The notes: a model not told the origin generated them from the letters alone. A stretch of 64,000 bases of DNA from Trueperaceae bacterium (GCA_965213925.1 OZ243927.1:1408001-1472000), one strand, 5' to 3'; counted from the stretch's first letter, positions 27,752 through 39,269 are shown. Numbers and translations are program-made.

Positions 27752-27990
27752 CCGTATTTGCGCACGTCGGGAAGTTATTTAGTCGTTACTATTCGCGGTT
27801 CCATAATGTATTGAGACAGAATGCCGCAGGTATCATCACCGAATGTGTGCTAAACGTCGCTTTATACAGTGAGAGTGTCTCAAACCAGATGAAGTCGTGT
27901 GGACCGCTCCCGCTAGACCTGCTATATGCAACCTCTAAACCTGCCGAACTGCTAACGAAGGTTGAAACCAGCCTTGCTTACCTTGACTAT

Positions 27991-28766
27991 TTAATCTCTA
28001 CTCGAGTACTGCACCGAGTCAAAGAGGTCATCCGCCCCTTCGTTGACCGCGCCGATAATCGCGTTACGCACCGCGAGGTCTACGATGGTCGTGCCCTGTG
28101 CGCCCCGCTTGCAAGCCCGCGAATCACGTTCAACACGTCCACTTGCACGTTGCCCTGCGACGCCTCCGCTGTCGAACTGCCGATGGCGACGATTTCAGCC
28201 GTCGCCGCGTTTACAAAGCGTAAATCCACGGTGACTCTAGCCGTCACGATTTCCGCCGAGCCGCCCATGAGCCCGAAAAATCTGCCGTTGCCTCCCGTGG
28301 TCGAGACGCTGAACTCCGTCACGCTGCCGAAGATGAGCAGTTCCGCCCCGGTGATGCGCCCGACCTCCGCCGCCGTCTCCTTATCTACCCGCCCCGACTG
28401 CCCCAAGTCTTGCTCGAACAATATCTGCGCGAGTTGCATCCGCTCGGTGATGCGAAACTGTTCGCTACGGTAGAGTTCGCTGATGAGAATGTCGGCGACG
28501 CCCGAGCCGAGTTCGACGAAGTAGGCGTCGTCCTTGCCCTCGAGTTCTCGGCCTTTGAGCTTGAGGTTGCTCGAGCGCACCGTGAAGTTGGGAACAGCGA
28601 TGATAGGACGCTCACTGTAGGGTCTAGCGTCCAAAGCGAAGGATTCTAAGCCGGGTAAGTCAGCTAAAGCCGCCGCTCGAGCCGTCGTCTTCGCCCTTAA
28701 TTCGACGTTCTGTGAGCTAGGAGCGCAACCTGCTAAAAGAATGAGAAGGAAAACCGTTATCCGCAT
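27991..28766 (-). pseudogene. CsgG/HfaB-family lipoprotein with an apparent frameshift near 28100
   Basis: Lipobox LLAGC; FRITERMQL..ILFEQDL..SGRV, GAELLIFGSVTEF; ORF stops at 28080 while another frame continues TTIVDLAVRNAII to TAA at 27991. Confidence 0.7.
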
Positions 28767-28858
28767 CTTTGCGAGTATAAGTCGCCCCAAACCCTGCCCA
28801 ACATAAGAATCCCCACATCCTGTTTGCAGAATGCGGGGAGATGTGACGAATGTACACT

Positions 28859-29596
28859 TTAAGCAGATGCGTTTTGTGTCGTTTCCTTTTCGGCGCGCTG
28901 CACTTCGCTCCTACTCTGCTGCTTGGCGTCCTGCTGCTCACCATTCTCCTCATCGTTTTCTTCGTCTTCCTCTTTTTCGCGGGCCTCGAGCTTCGCCTTG
29001 ATGCGCTTGAGGACGGTTTTCTCCTCTAGCGCCCGCTGCTCTAAGACGCTCTGGATGTTCTTAATGCGCTCCTTGACGCGCGGCACGACGATCTGCTCTA
29101 AAGCGTTCACGCGGCGCGAGGTCTTTTTGATCTCCTCGCCGATGCGCCTCAGTCTCGTTTCGGTCGCAGCGACCTTGACGAGCGCTTCGGTCAACTCGCG
29201 AAACTGCGCGGCGCTGTCTAGCGTGCGCGCGCCCGCGCCGATAGGCGAGAAGGGCAGCGTGCCGTCAAAGTCGGGCGGCTGCACCTGCGGCACCTTCACG
29301 CCGAAGATGTTCTCCACCTTGATGTCCACTTCTAAGCCCGTCTGCTGCGCCAAGCTGAGCCCTTCGACCGCCTCGGGTCCGTCCCAAGCTTTTGCGAGGA
29401 AGAGGCTAAAGTACGCCTCTTGGCTCGTTTTACTGAGCGCACGCCGCGCATCTAAAGACTCCTGAACGAGGTCGAAGAACTCTGAGATGAGCGCGTCGCG
29501 CTTGCGCTTCAAGAGGTCCGCGCCTTTGTTCGCTAGGTCGAGCTGGTCGCGCTGCTGCAGGAGGTTCGAGCGGGTTGGGGCGATGTTTTCAGCCAT
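28859..29596 (-). CDS. atpD: V/A-type ATP synthase subunit D
   Basis: PTRSNL, LLKRKRDAL, KTSRRVNALEQ. Confidence 0.96.
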   Translation of the reverse strand: MAENIAPTRSNLLQQRDQLDLANKGADLLKRKRDALISEFFDLVQESLDARRALSKTSQEAYFSLFLAKAWDGPEAVEGLSLAQQTGLEVDIKVENIFGVKVPQVQPPDFDGTLPFSPIGAGARTLDSAAQFRELTEALVKVAATETRLRRIGEEIKKTSRRVNALEQIVVPRVKERIKNIQSVLEQRALEEKTVLKRIKAKLEAREKEEDEENDEENGEQQDAKQQSRSEVQRAEKETTQNASA

Positions 29597-29613
29597 AAAG
29601 ACTCCTTAGAGAC

Positions 29614-29682
29614 AGAAGCAAGGAGCGAGAAGCAAGAAGCTAGAACGAACTTCTTACTCCTTGCTTCTTACTCCTTGCTTCT
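29614..29682. repeat. Heptamer (AGCAAGR) inverted-repeat array
   Basis: AGAAGCAAGGAGCGAGAAGCAAGAAGC ... TTCTTACTCCTTGCTTCTTACTCCTTGCTTCT. Confidence 0.75.
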
Positions 29683-29683
29683 C

Positions 29684-31156
29684 CTAACTTCCCCACAACT
29701 CGTCCATCTTCGCGCCGTAGTACTTGTCGATCTGGTCGCGGCTCAAGCGAGTCAGCTCGCTCTTAGGTAGCTTCGAGAGCGTTGCCCAGGCGATGTTCAA
29801 GGAGTCGTCGATGCTCCTGTCCTCGGAACCCTGGTTGATGAAGTTTTCTTCGAACTCGTCGGCGAACGCCAGGTATTTCTTATCGTTATCTGAGAGCGCG
29901 TCCTCGCCTGTAATGGCGACCAAGCGGCGCAAGTCTCGAGCGTTCGCGTACGCCGACTGAAGCTGGTCGGCGATGTTCTTGTGATCTTTGCGCGTCTTGC
30001 CCTCGCCGATGCCGTTGTTCATCAGGCGTGACAAGCTCGGACCGGGGTTGATGGGCGGATAGTAGCCCTGCGTGTGCAGGTCGCGCCCTAAGTAAATCTG
30101 ACCCTCGGTGATGTAGCCCGTCAGGTCGGGGATGGGGTGCGTCACGTCGTCGTCGGGCATGGAGAGAATGGGAAGCTGCGTGACCGAGCCCTTTTTGCCC
30201 TCGACGACGCCCGCACGTTCGTAGAGTGACGCCAAATCGGTGTAGGTGTAGCCGGGGTAGCCGCGGCGTCCTGGAATCTCTTCGCGTGCGCCGCCGATTT
30301 CGCGGAGCGCCTCGCAGTAGTTCGTCATGTCGGTCAGGATGACCAAGACGTGATAGTCGTGTTCGAAGGCGAGGTACTCGGCGGCGGTCAGCGCCATGCG
30401 CGGCGTCAAGAGGCGCTCGACGGCGGGGTCGTCCGCTTTGTTGAGGAACAAGACCGAGCGTGCCAACGCGCCCGTGCGCTCGAACTCCTGCGTGAAGAAG
30501 GTGATCTCGCGCTGGGTCACGCCCATCGCGGCGAACACAACCGCGAAGTCTGTCTCTTCGCCCTCGCCGATGACCTTCGCCTGCCGCGCGATCTGCGCCG
30601 CGAGGTCGTTCGCGGGCAGACCCGAGCCCGAGAAAATCGGGAGCTTCTGACCGCGTACGAGCGTGATGAGCGTGTCGATCGTCGAGATGCCCGTTTGGAT
30701 GAACTCCTCGGGCTTCTGGCGGGCGACGGGGTTGATCGGCGCGCCGCCAATCGGCACGCGCTTGTCCGCGACGACTTCGGGCAGACCGTCAATGGGCTCG
30801 CCGATGCCGTTGAAGCGGCGTCCGATCATCTCTTTGGAGACGCCTAGACGCGCCACGTCCTCAACGAGGGTCACGGTGGTCGTTGAAAGGTCGAGTCCAC
30901 GCGGGTCTTCGAAGACTTGAAGGGTCGTAACCTTCTCGGACACGTCGATGACTTGCCCGCCGCGGATGCGCCCATTGCCGTCCTTGATATTGACAATCGC
31001 GTTGTACGCGAGGTCGGGCGCGTTTTCTAAAAACATCAGCGGTCCGGAGATATACGAGACTTCGCTATACTCCTTCTTGAACTGCTTTTTCTTCGGCTTG
31101 CTTTCGCCGTTCGACTGATTGCCGTTGTTGCCTGTGGTTTTGTCTGAAACAGCCAC
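29684..31156 (-). CDS. atpB: V/A-type ATP synthase subunit B
   Basis: [34 protein letters not shown]. Confidence 0.97.
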   Translation of the reverse strand: MAVSDKTTGNNGNQSNGESKPKKKQFKKEYSEVSYISGPLMFLENAPDLAYNAIVNIKDGNGRIRGGQVIDVSEKVTTLQVFEDPRGLDLSTTTVTLVEDVARLGVSKEMIGRRFNGIGEPIDGLPEVVADKRVPIGGAPINPVARQKPEEFIQTGISTIDTLITLVRGQKLPIFSGSGLPANDLAAQIARQAKVIGEGEETDFAVVFAAMGVTQREITFFTQEFERTGALARSVLFLNKADDPAVERLLTPRMALTAAEYLAFEHDYHVLVILTDMTNYCEALREIGGAREEIPGRRGYPGYTYTDLASLYERAGVVEGKKGSVTQLPILSMPDDDVTHPIPDLTGYITEGQIYLGRDLHTQGYYPPINPGPSLSRLMNNGIGEGKTRKDHKNIADQLQSAYANARDLRRLVAITGEDALSDNDKKYLAFADEFEENFINQGSEDRSIDDSLNIAWATLSKLPKSELTRLSRDQIDKYYGAKMDELWGS

Positions 31157-31252
31157 TTATTCCTCCTCTGCTTTCAGCAGTTTTGTAGCCCACTGAGCGA
31201 ACCAGTGTTTTTTCTATTCGGTGCGTTATTCCATCTAGCGGGGGTGTGCGGC

Positions 31253-31291
31253 GTAGGGGCACATATTTATTACTGTATGAATCGCCCCTAC
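31253..31291. repeat. GTAG-type REP-like palindrome
   Basis: GTAGGGGC ... GCCCCTAC. Confidence 0.55.
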
Positions 31292-31293
31292 TA

Positions 31294-33033
31294 TTAAGCC
31301 GCCACTGCAAAGGCGTTATCGAGTTGCTCCAAGGTCTCTTCCTTGTAAGCGTCAAACTCGTCTTCCGGCACGTAACGGGCGCGGTTCAACCTCTCGATGA
31401 CCTCGTCGCCTAAGATATCGTCTACGGTTGCGCCCTCTTCGATAGCTTTGCGGGCGGTGTCGTTGAACTTGATCATCATCTCCAACATCCCGTGCGCCTT
31501 ACTTAGTGAGCACGAAGCGTCCACCTCGTCGAAGCCGTTCTGCTGCAAGAAGTCTTGGCGCAAGATGCGGCCTACCTCGACGACGAGGCGCTCTTGGTCT
31601 TGGAGCGCGTCGGGACCGACGAGCTGCACGACCTCTTGCAAGTCGGACTCGCGCTGCAAGAGGTTCACGGCGCGCTCCCTTAGCTCGGGGAAGTCCTCAG
31701 CGACATTCTCGCGGTACCAGTCCTCCAAGGTGTCCGTGAAGAGCGAGTACGAGCGGTTCCAGTTGATGGCGGGGAAGTGGCGGCGGCGTGCGAGCGACGC
31801 GTCGAGCGCCCAGAAGCAACCCGTGATGCGCAAGGTGGACTGCGTGACCGGCTCTGAGAAGTCACCGCCTGCGGGCGAAACCGCGCCGATGATCGAGACG
31901 GCACCCTGCTCGTCGGTGAGCGTGGTGACGCGGCCGCCGCGCTCGTAGAAGGCGGCTAGGCGCGACGCCAAGTAGGGTGGGTAGCCCTCTTCGGCGGGCA
32001 TCTCTTCTAAGCGGGAGGAAATCTCGCGGAGCGCCTCCGCCCAGCGCGAGGTCGAGTCCGCCATGACCGACACCCCGTAGCCCTGGTCGCGGAAGTATTC
32101 CGCGATGGTGATGCCCGTATAGATGGACGCTTCGCGCGCCGCCACGGGCATGTTCGAGGTGTTGGCGATGAGCACGGTGCGCTCCATCAAGGGGTTGCCC
32201 GAGGTGGGGTCTTCGAGTTCAGGAAACTCCACGAGCACGTCCGTCATCTCGTTGCCACGCTCGCCGCAGCCCACATAGACGACGATGTCCGCGTTGCCGA
32301 ACTTCGCAATCGACTGCTGCGTGACGGTTTTACCCGAGCCGAAAGGACCCGGAATCGCCGCCGTGCCGCCCATCGTCAGCGGGAAGAGCACGTCTAAGAT
32401 GCGCATTCCGGTCAAGAAGGGCGTGACGGGGTCGAGCTTTTTGGCGACTGGACGCGCCTGGCGCACGGGCCAGGGGTGGTAGAGCTTGAGTTCGGTGCCG
32501 TCCTCTAAGGTCGCGATGACCTCCTCGACGGTGTACTCGCCCTTCGAGGCGATAGACTTGATTTTGCCCTTCGTGTCGGGCGGAACCATGATCTTGTGCG
32601 TGAACGAGAACTCGGGGACGGTCCCTAAAATCTGACCGCCTTGGACCTCGTCGCCTTCGGAGACTTTGGGGGTGAACTCCCACTTCTGGTCGCGCGAGAG
32701 CGAGTCGACCACCAAGCCGCGCCCGATGTAGGTGCCGGACTGCTCGTTGATGGTGTCTAAAGGGCGCTGAATCCCGTCGAAGATGCCGTTGAGCATCCCC
32801 GGTCCGAGTTCGACCGTTAAGGGCAAGCCCGTCGAAACGACCGCCTCGCCGATCGTGAGACCGCCCGTATCTTCGTAAACCTGCACGAAAGCGGTGTCGC
32901 CGTCCAAGCGGATGATCTCCCCGACGAGTTGCTCCTCGCCGACGCGCACGATGTCAAACATGCGTGCGCCCATCATCCCCTTAGCGATAACCGCCGGACC
33001 CGAGATGCGCTGAACTGTTCCTTCGATGGCCAT
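31294..33033 (-). CDS. atpA: V/A-type ATP synthase subunit A
   Basis: [26 protein letters not shown]; no intein. Confidence 0.97.
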   Translation of the reverse strand: MAIEGTVQRISGPAVIAKGMMGARMFDIVRVGEEQLVGEIIRLDGDTAFVQVYEDTGGLTIGEAVVSTGLPLTVELGPGMLNGIFDGIQRPLDTINEQSGTYIGRGLVVDSLSRDQKWEFTPKVSEGDEVQGGQILGTVPEFSFTHKIMVPPDTKGKIKSIASKGEYTVEEVIATLEDGTELKLYHPWPVRQARPVAKKLDPVTPFLTGMRILDVLFPLTMGGTAAIPGPFGSGKTVTQQSIAKFGNADIVVYVGCGERGNEMTDVLVEFPELEDPTSGNPLMERTVLIANTSNMPVAAREASIYTGITIAEYFRDQGYGVSVMADSTSRWAEALREISSRLEEMPAEEGYPPYLASRLAAFYERGGRVTTLTDEQGAVSIIGAVSPAGGDFSEPVTQSTLRITGCFWALDASLARRRHFPAINWNRSYSLFTDTLEDWYRENVAEDFPELRERAVNLLQRESDLQEVVQLVGPDALQDQERLVVEVGRILRQDFLQQNGFDEVDASCSLSKAHGMLEMMIKFNDTARKAIEEGATVDDILGDEVIERLNRARYVPEDEFDAYKEETLEQLDNAFAVAA

Positions 33034-33114
33034 TGTTGCCTCCCTTGAAGAGGTATGTCGTTTTGATGCTGAGAGCCTAGATGTCGAACTCTCAGCTTAT
33101 CCTAAGGTTGAAAA

Positions 33115-33200
33115 GTATTCAGTAGTCAGGTGTCAGAATTCAGCAGTCAGCAGGTTTTCCATGCTGAATTCCGATTACTGATACCTGACTACTCAGTATT
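33115..33200. repeat. Heptamer (xxTCAGx) inverted-repeat array
   Basis: ATTCAGTAGTCAGGTGTCAGAATTCAGCAGTCAG ... CTGAATTCCGATTACTGATACCTGACTACT. Confidence 0.7.
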
Positions 33201-33237
33201 TTACGACTCCATCTTTCGGTCACTACACGCTACTCCG

Positions 33238-33564
33238 TCACTCGAGCTTGATGTCAAACCCGATCGCACTGCGCACGAGCGATTTCATGTAATCTTTGGG
33301 GTCTTCGTCCTCGTCGAACGCCGCGCCCAGGCTGGGCATGGAGAGCAAGACGGGCAGGTCGCGTCCGCGCATGGCGCGCGCCGCTGCCTCGTTAGGTGCC
33401 GGGATGAGCCCCTGGTCTACGGCGACGAGGCCGTAGTCTTCAGATTCAATGACGTTCTCGAGCGCCTCTTGCGCCCCCTCTTGGTCTGTCTCTAAAACCT
33501 CGACGCCTGCCAAGCGGAAGCCCGTGGCGGTCTCGCTGTCGGTCAGAATGAGCATCTTAGCCAC
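33238..33564 (-). CDS. atpF: V/A-type ATP synthase subunit F
   Basis: DSETATGFRLAGV, AIGFDIKL. Confidence 0.95.
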   Translation of the reverse strand: MAKMLILTDSETATGFRLAGVEVLETDQEGAQEALENVIESEDYGLVAVDQGLIPAPNEAAARAMRGRDLPVLLSMPSLGAAFDEDEDPKDYMKSLVRSAIGFDIKLE

Positions 33565-34579
33565 GGCCTACCTCCTTGCCGAGTTCGCGCTCGAGCGCCT
33601 CGCGCGGCACGTTGTAGTATTTGCCCCTCGCGACGAGTCGGAGCCTCGAGGTCTCCTGCTCCTTGAGCCGCAGGTAGTAGAGCACCACGCCGATGCCCAG
33701 AGGGTTGCTCAAGTAGAGCTTGCGGGCGCTTTTATCCAAACTGCTCCGAATCACCTCTTCGGCTTCGCTCAGGTTGTCCGTCTCGGCAACTTCGCTAAAG
33801 CTCGTGTTGGAGAGGGGCTGCATGTCGCCGGAGAGGAGCGTGTCGAACATCGTCCGGCTGACCTCTTTGCCGCCTGAGAGGTAGAGCTTGTCCGCGTCGG
33901 CGTCGCCAACTGCGCTCTGCATCTTCGAAGCGGTGCGGATATTTGCCGCGTCCACCTCGCGCTGGATGTGCCGCGTCAGCATATCCGAGTGCGGGTTTTC
34001 GTCTAGCGCTTCGAAGAGGGCGGCGTAGTAGGCGCGGTCTAGGGCGAGTTCGAATTCGAAGAGGTCGCCGTCTGAGCTGTATTGACCGACGGCTTTGGTA
34101 AAGGCTTTCGAGAGCGGATGCCCGGTGATCGCGAGCGCTTGCGCTGCTGCGGGTAGGTCGGCAGCTTCGGCGATGTTGTTTAAGACCGCTGGCTTGAGTT
34201 CGCCCGCTGGGATAAGGACCGACTTGACGTCCTCCGCCTCGCGCCCCGAGTGCTTCGCCCGCGCGATCGCCTTGAGGTTTTGCAGGTCGTAGCGCAGCAA
34301 AAAGGTCGCGATGAGCCGCTCGGGAGCGCCGTCCGAGAAGTTGAGGATGGTGCGTGTGATGTTGCGGAAGTTGCGGGCTAGCGCAGTATCCACGACGCGC
34401 AGCCCGCTGTGTTGCGACTGCGCCTCCTCCACCTCGCTGCTATAGGGCGACTGCCCGAGCGAACTCATGAAGGCGTCGAACCCGGAAGCGTTGAGGGCGT
34501 CGGCGTAGAAGTCGTCGCCTAAGAGCTTCGCTTTGAGCCCGCGCACCCGCGCGTTGATGTAGCCGTAATCCGAGGGCAT
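33557..34579 (-). CDS. atpC: V/A-type ATP synthase subunit C
   Basis: MPSDYGYINARVRG start at 34579; RYDLQNLK; operon position. Confidence 0.93.
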   Translation of the reverse strand: MPSDYGYINARVRGLKAKLLGDDFYADALNASGFDAFMSSLGQSPYSSEVEEAQSQHSGLRVVDTALARNFRNITRTILNFSDGAPERLIATFLLRYDLQNLKAIARAKHSGREAEDVKSVLIPAGELKPAVLNNIAEAADLPAAAQALAITGHPLSKAFTKAVGQYSSDGDLFEFELALDRAYYAALFEALDENPHSDMLTRHIQREVDAANIRTASKMQSAVGDADADKLYLSGGKEVSRTMFDTLLSGDMQPLSNTSFSEVAETDNLSEAEEVIRSSLDKSARKLYLSNPLGIGVVLYYLRLKEQETSRLRLVARGKYYNVPREALERELGKEVGRG

Positions 34580-34583
34580 ATGC

Positions 34584-35270
34584 TTAGCGTTCCTGACTAT
34601 CAGCGTCGTTGCTATCGTCACCGTTGCTATCGTCACCGTTGCTATCGTCACCGTTGCTACTATCGGCGTTGCTCTCGGTATTGCCCTCTGAGAAGAGAAC
34701 CTTGGAGACTTCTGAGGCGAGGTCATCTTTGGCGGACTCCAACCTGTCAAACAGGCTATTCTCCACCGTTGCACTCGCTCTAGTCGAGCGAACTTTGACG
34801 CCGCCCTCGACGGTCTCGTCCGTTTCCATCTTGTCGGCTAAGCCATGCTTTTTCGCCGCATCACTGATGTGCTTTTGGTCGTTCGGGTTGACGTAGAGCT
34901 TGGAGACGTTGTCGCTACCACCTAATGACTCGACGACCTCTTCCAACAAAGAGGTCAACACAGGCTTGTAGCGCTTGGCATCTTGGGTGAGGTCGCGGAG
35001 GTCCTGCTCAACCTGATCGAAGACCGACTCGACGGCGCGGTGCTGCGCCTTGAGCCGCATGGAGGAAGCTTCCAGCTGCGCTGAGCTGCGCCCACGCACC
35101 TTGACGGCTTCGCTCTGCGACGACGACGCGCGTTCCTTTTGTGCGCGAATCGACTCGGCTTCTTCTTCAGCCTGAGACTTAATTTCCGAGGCACGTTCAC
35201 GCGCCTCGGAGAGAATGGACTCGATCTCCGCGCCTGCTTCTTTCTCGAGCAGAGCAGAAAGATTCGCCAC
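34584..35270 (-). CDS. atpE: V/A-type ATP synthase subunit E with acidic repeat tail
   Basis: Coiled N-terminus, EGGV, VENSL; DDSNG tail encoded by a 15-bp tandem repeat near 34607-34660. Confidence 0.9.
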   Translation of the reverse strand: MANLSALLEKEAGAEIESILSEARERASEIKSQAEEEAESIRAQKERASSSQSEAVKVRGRSSAQLEASSMRLKAQHRAVESVFDQVEQDLRDLTQDAKRYKPVLTSLLEEVVESLGGSDNVSKLYVNPNDQKHISDAAKKHGLADKMETDETVEGGVKVRSTRASATVENSLFDRLESAKDDLASEVSKVLFSEGNTESNADSSNGDDSNGDDSNGDDSNDADSQER

Positions 35271-35272
35271 GC

Positions 35273-35584
35273 TTAACCCCCTAGGTTACCCTGCAAGAAG
35301 AAGGCGATAACGAAGGCGAAGATGATGATGGTTTCAGGAATGACCAAGTAGATGAGAATCTGACCGAACGCTTCGGGGCGCTCCGCGAGCGTGCCCGCAC
35401 CCGCGCTACCAATCGAGGCTTGCGCGATACCGACGCCGATGGCTCCTAAACCGATGGCGAGCGACGCGCCAATCGCCAAGAGACCGTCGCCGATGCTAGC
35501 ACCGCCGCCGCCGCCCCCTTCTTGGGCGAAGACGAATCCTGCAACGAGCATAAAGGCGAGTACGGATAAAAGTTTCTTCATCAT
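35273..35584 (-). CDS. atpK: V/A-type ATP synthase proteolipid subunit K/L
   Basis: AERPE..G..LIYLVIPET; Thermus-like N-terminal signal segment. Confidence 0.93.
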   Translation of the reverse strand: MMKKLLSVLAFMLVAGFVFAQEGGGGGGASIGDGLLAIGASLAIGLGAIGVGIAQASIGSAGAGTLAERPEAFGQILIYLVIPETIIIFAFVIAFFLQGNLGG

Positions 35585-37575
35585 GCTTTTCCTCCAAAGA
35601 GTCTAAAGGGATTGTACGGACGACCGTTTTCTTCGTAAAAGCCGAATTTGGTAAAGAATTCGACGTAGTGAAGACGTAAGGGTTGCAGCGTGTGACCGAT
35701 AATCGTCAAGGCGATCGCGACGGTATGCACAAAGAGCGCCGCGATAATCCCTAAAATCGGTCCGATAATGGGCGCGACGCCGTTGAGCGCGAAGCCCACG
35801 TCAGTCGCGAGGTTAGCGACCAACGCGGCGGACAAGCCGACGGCGAAAAGTCGCAAGTAAGAGAGGATGTTGCCCGAGTTGGAGATAAGCTCCACGAGCA
35901 TCAGCGGCATTCGCGCCATCACGACGCCTAACAAAAAGACAGCGAAGCCTAGCGCCACGAAAAAGAGCACGAAGGCGTTGCCCTGCAAATTGTCGGTGAG
36001 AAAGGCGTAGGAAAAAACAACCGTGGCCGCTAAACCGAAGAACATGCCGATACCTTCCCAGGTGTGGTGCGAGTCGCCATGCTTGATGCCGTAGTAGGTG
36101 CGCAGCCCCCAACCGAGCAGCACCTGGAACACGCCGAAACCGATAGAAGCTAACAGCAGCGGCGTGGTTTGTTCTACTCTAAAGAGCAGAATGGGAATCC
36201 AGCCGTAGCCCTCTTCGTGGTGCAAGGGTGTATAGAAAATCGGCTTGCCGCCAAAGATGTAGATTCGCTCTAAAGCGTTACCGAAGAACTCGCCGTAAAT
36301 AAAGCCGAACGCGATGCTCCACGCCGCGCACCAGTTGATGACCGTGCCGATCGTCGGCAGCGCACTCGGCGAGATGGTGATGCCTAGAGGTCCTAAGCTA
36401 AGCGCGTTGCCCTTTTTGCCCCTCGAGCGGAACCACAGCCCGAGCGCTAAGAATGCCAGACCGAAGCCGATATCGCCGACCACTAGACCGAAAAAGAGCG
36501 GGAAGAAGACGGCTAAGGTCCAACTTGGGTCGAAGTAGCCGTATTTAGGCGGGCTGAAGAGCGACAACAACCCCTCGAAGGGGCTGATCCAGCCGGGGTT
36601 CTCGAGCTTGACCGGAATCCCTTTATCGTGGTGTTCGTCCGCCTTGCGCGACTCAGCGACGATGTCCTCACCGAACTGCTTCTCCAGAGCGCTCACCACG
36701 CGGCGGCGGTCCTCACTCGGGACCCAGCCCTGCAGCGCAAAGCTGTAGCGTCCGCCCGCCAGATCACCTAGCGTGTGGTAGCGACTCTGGTAATTGACAG
36801 CGACTTGATGCAGCGCTTTTAGCTTTGCGCCGTGCACCTTCGCGAGATGCCCCAGATCGCTCTGGATGGTCTTGAGGCGCTTAGGCAGCGTTTGCGAGCG
36901 CTCTTCCATCACGTGAACGGCTTTGGCGAAGCCGTGCTCGCCGTAGCGCTCAGGCAGTTTAAGCTCGGCTAAGCCGACGCGGTTGAGCGCCGCCGCAAGT
37001 TCGTTCTTGTCGTCCTTGAGCACGGCGACAACCGCTAAGCGCTCGCTGCGGAAGGACTTGCTCGACATCTCAAAACAATCTTCTAAGGATTCGTTGAGGG
37101 AGTCGCGCGCCTCTTTGAGCGTATCCTCGTCCGGCGCTAAAAACGCTGTACCGTAGAGGTAGCGGCTGCCTTCGAGTTGCGCCAGCTCCGGCGCGAGTTC
37201 TCTGAAGAGTGGCAGATACGTATTGATGAGGTCTAACTCATCACGAATCTCGCCGCGCTCGGCGACGAGGGTGTCCGTCTGGCCGCCCAAGTCACTCAGG
37301 TACGACTGAATCTCGGTGAGGCTATTCGGGACTTCACCCTTGCTGCTCGCTTCACGCTCAATAGAAAGCGTGTCAATGAGGGCTTCGCTCCTCGAGACCA
37401 CGCCGTCCCAGTTATCTCGCGCTTTCTGGTCACCCTCTTTGAGTTCAAAGCGGTTTAGCTCTTCGCCCTCCAAAGGAACGACCTGTACGACGCCCAAGCT
37501 CTGCAAGCTCGTCAAGAGGTCCTTGGCGATACTTTTACGTCCGACGATTAAAAGCCGGTCCATCGTTGCGATCAC
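35581..37575 (-). CDS. atpI: V/A-type ATP synthase subunit I
   Basis: FFGLVVGDIG, SYLRLFAVGL, RLHYVEFFTKF. Confidence 0.96.
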   Translation of the reverse strand: MIATMDRLLIVGRKSIAKDLLTSLQSLGVVQVVPLEGEELNRFELKEGDQKARDNWDGVVSRSEALIDTLSIEREASSKGEVPNSLTEIQSYLSDLGGQTDTLVAERGEIRDELDLINTYLPLFRELAPELAQLEGSRYLYGTAFLAPDEDTLKEARDSLNESLEDCFEMSSKSFRSERLAVVAVLKDDKNELAAALNRVGLAELKLPERYGEHGFAKAVHVMEERSQTLPKRLKTIQSDLGHLAKVHGAKLKALHQVAVNYQSRYHTLGDLAGGRYSFALQGWVPSEDRRRVVSALEKQFGEDIVAESRKADEHHDKGIPVKLENPGWISPFEGLLSLFSPPKYGYFDPSWTLAVFFPLFFGLVVGDIGFGLAFLALGLWFRSRGKKGNALSLGPLGITISPSALPTIGTVINWCAAWSIAFGFIYGEFFGNALERIYIFGGKPIFYTPLHHEEGYGWIPILLFRVEQTTPLLLASIGFGVFQVLLGWGLRTYYGIKHGDSHHTWEGIGMFFGLAATVVFSYAFLTDNLQGNAFVLFFVALGFAVFLLGVVMARMPLMLVELISNSGNILSYLRLFAVGLSAALVANLATDVGFALNGVAPIIGPILGIIAALFVHTVAIALTIIGHTLQPLRLHYVEFFTKFGFYEENGRPYNPFRLFGGKA

Positions 37576-37892
37576 GGTAGTACCTGCTCTTTGACGCGCT
37601 CAACCGCTTCGCCTCTGTTTTTCTCGGCTTGCGACTCGATGGTTTCGACCTCTCGCCGCGCCTCTCTTAAGACCTCTTGCCGCGCCTCTTCGCTCTCGGC
37701 TCGAGCCGCCTCGCGCCGCTCCTCGGCCCTTTTATCCGCCTCTTGCCGCGCTTCGGTTTTGATCTGTGAGGCTTCTTCTTGCGCCTCTTGGACGATTTGC
37801 TCCGCTTGTCGCTTCGCGTCCTCGACCTTGCCAATTAGGGTTTGCTCTTGAGAAACTAAATCCTGCAAAAGTTTTTCGCCCTGGGCTTCCAA
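37572..37892 (-). CDS. atpG: V/A-type ATP synthase subunit G/H
   Basis: Charged coiled coil; first gene of the operon; TTG after GGAGG. Confidence 0.85.
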   Translation of the reverse strand: MEAQGEKLLQDLVSQEQTLIGKVEDAKRQAEQIVQEAQEEASQIKTEARQEADKRAEERREAARAESEEARQEVLREARREVETIESQAEKNRGEAVERVKEQVLP

Positions 37893-38507
37893 CCGGTCCT
37901 CCTCCCTCTACACTAAAACCAACTGATTTACCCCGGATAGCTTAGCCTGTACAAACATGTGCAGACACGCCCCCAACTCTACACGAAAGTGACGAGCCGA
38001 ATGCGCGGACTGCCCAGGTAGAGTAAACAGTGCGTACACAGGTACCAAATGGGGCATAAAAAAACGCGAGGTTACAGTTACGTGCACCTAACCAACCGCG
38101 CTTTGCAGCGCTAAGCATAACAACCCCACCAGAGAGTGTCAACGAGACGAATGTCCCTTGTATTACCCCTTACCTGCGAGGCTTCGAAGAGGGGTTTAGA
38201 AGGCGCGGCGGCGCGCGGGTGAGAGTTGAAATATTGCGGCGCTGAGGGAGTTTCTTAAATTGAGTGGGACCTAACATAAGCTCCTTAATTCAAGTCGGGG
38301 AATATAGTAGGGAGCATTGAGCCGTTTGTTCAGCGAGACATTCTTCGCATCTGTCCAGGTTAGCACCGTGCAGAAATTCGCACCTTCCTTTCGGCTGCTC
38401 GACCTTACTGAATGTTCCGCCACGCCACCCTCCGATAAAGGTTAAAGTACAAATAACCGTTTATCATTGGCACAACCGTCTCTAGCTGGAATCTCTCGAG
38501 GAGCACT

Positions 38508-39269
38508 ATGAACATCAGCCTCTTCATCACCTGCTACAACGACACGCTCTACCCCGAAACGGGCAAGGCGATGGTCGAACTGTTCGAGCGTTTGGGTCAC
38601 GAGGTGGATTTTCCCTTCGAGCAGACTTGTTGCGGACAGATGCACTTCAACACGGGCTATCAGCGGGAGACCTTGATGATGGCGCGCAAGTTCGTGGAGA
38701 TTTTTAGGGACACTGAGGTCGTGGTGTCGCCCTCGGCGTCGTGTGTGGGGATGGTGCACGAGTTCTATCCGTATCTGGCGCAAGAGCATGGCGATGACGC
38801 GCTGCTGAAAGAACTAGAGACGCTCGCGCCTAAAGTCTTTGAATTCTCCGAGTTTTTAGTGAAGAAGTTGGGCATCACCGATGTCGGCGCGTACTACCCG
38901 CACCGCGTCACCTATCACCCGACCTGTCACAGCTTGCGCGGGCTCAAAGTAGGCGACGCGCCCTTGACGTTGCTCGAGCATGTGCGTGGGCTCGAGTTGG
39001 TTGCTCTGGAGGGAGCCGAGACGTGTTGCGGCTTCGGCGGCACATTTGCAGTCAAGAATGCCGACACCTCGGCGGCGATGCTCAGCGACAAGCTCAGGAA
39101 CGTCCAAAATACTCACGCCGAAGTGTGCGCGGCGGTGGATAATTCATGTTTAATGCATATCGGCGGCGCACTCCACAGGCAGCGGAGCGGCGTGAAAACA
39201 GTTCACATCGCGGAGATTTTGGTGGCTACGGATCAGAAAAAGGAGCAAGGAGCAAGAAGCAAGGAGTAA
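38508..39269 (+). CDS. lutA: Lactate utilisation protein A (CCG Fe-S)
   Basis: LFITC, QTCCGQ, YHPTCHSLR, CCGFGGTF. Confidence 0.93.
   Translation: MNISLFITCYNDTLYPETGKAMVELFERLGHEVDFPFEQTCCGQMHFNTGYQRETLMMARKFVEIFRDTEVVVSPSASCVGMVHEFYPYLAQEHGDDALLKELETLAPKVFEFSEFLVKKLGITDVGAYYPHRVTYHPTCHSLRGLKVGDAPLTLLEHVRGLELVALEGAETCCGFGGTFAVKNADTSAAMLSDKLRNVQNTHAEVCAAVDNSCLMHIGGALHRQRSGVKTVHIAEILVATDQKKEQGARSKE

Noticed and set aside
27739..28473. 244-aa plus-strand ORF
   Set aside because: Largely the antisense shadow of the CsgG-like gene.
34580..34774. N-terminal extension of ATPase subunit C with VTIAT repeats
   Set aside because: Alternate-frame reading of the atpE 15-bp tail repeat; the true start is ATG 34579.
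37893..38507. Riboswitch or ncRNA in the ATPase/lut divergent spacer (42250-42760 and 51562-51998 also examined)
   Set aside because: No recognisable aptamer consensus by eye; an Rfam scan would be needed.
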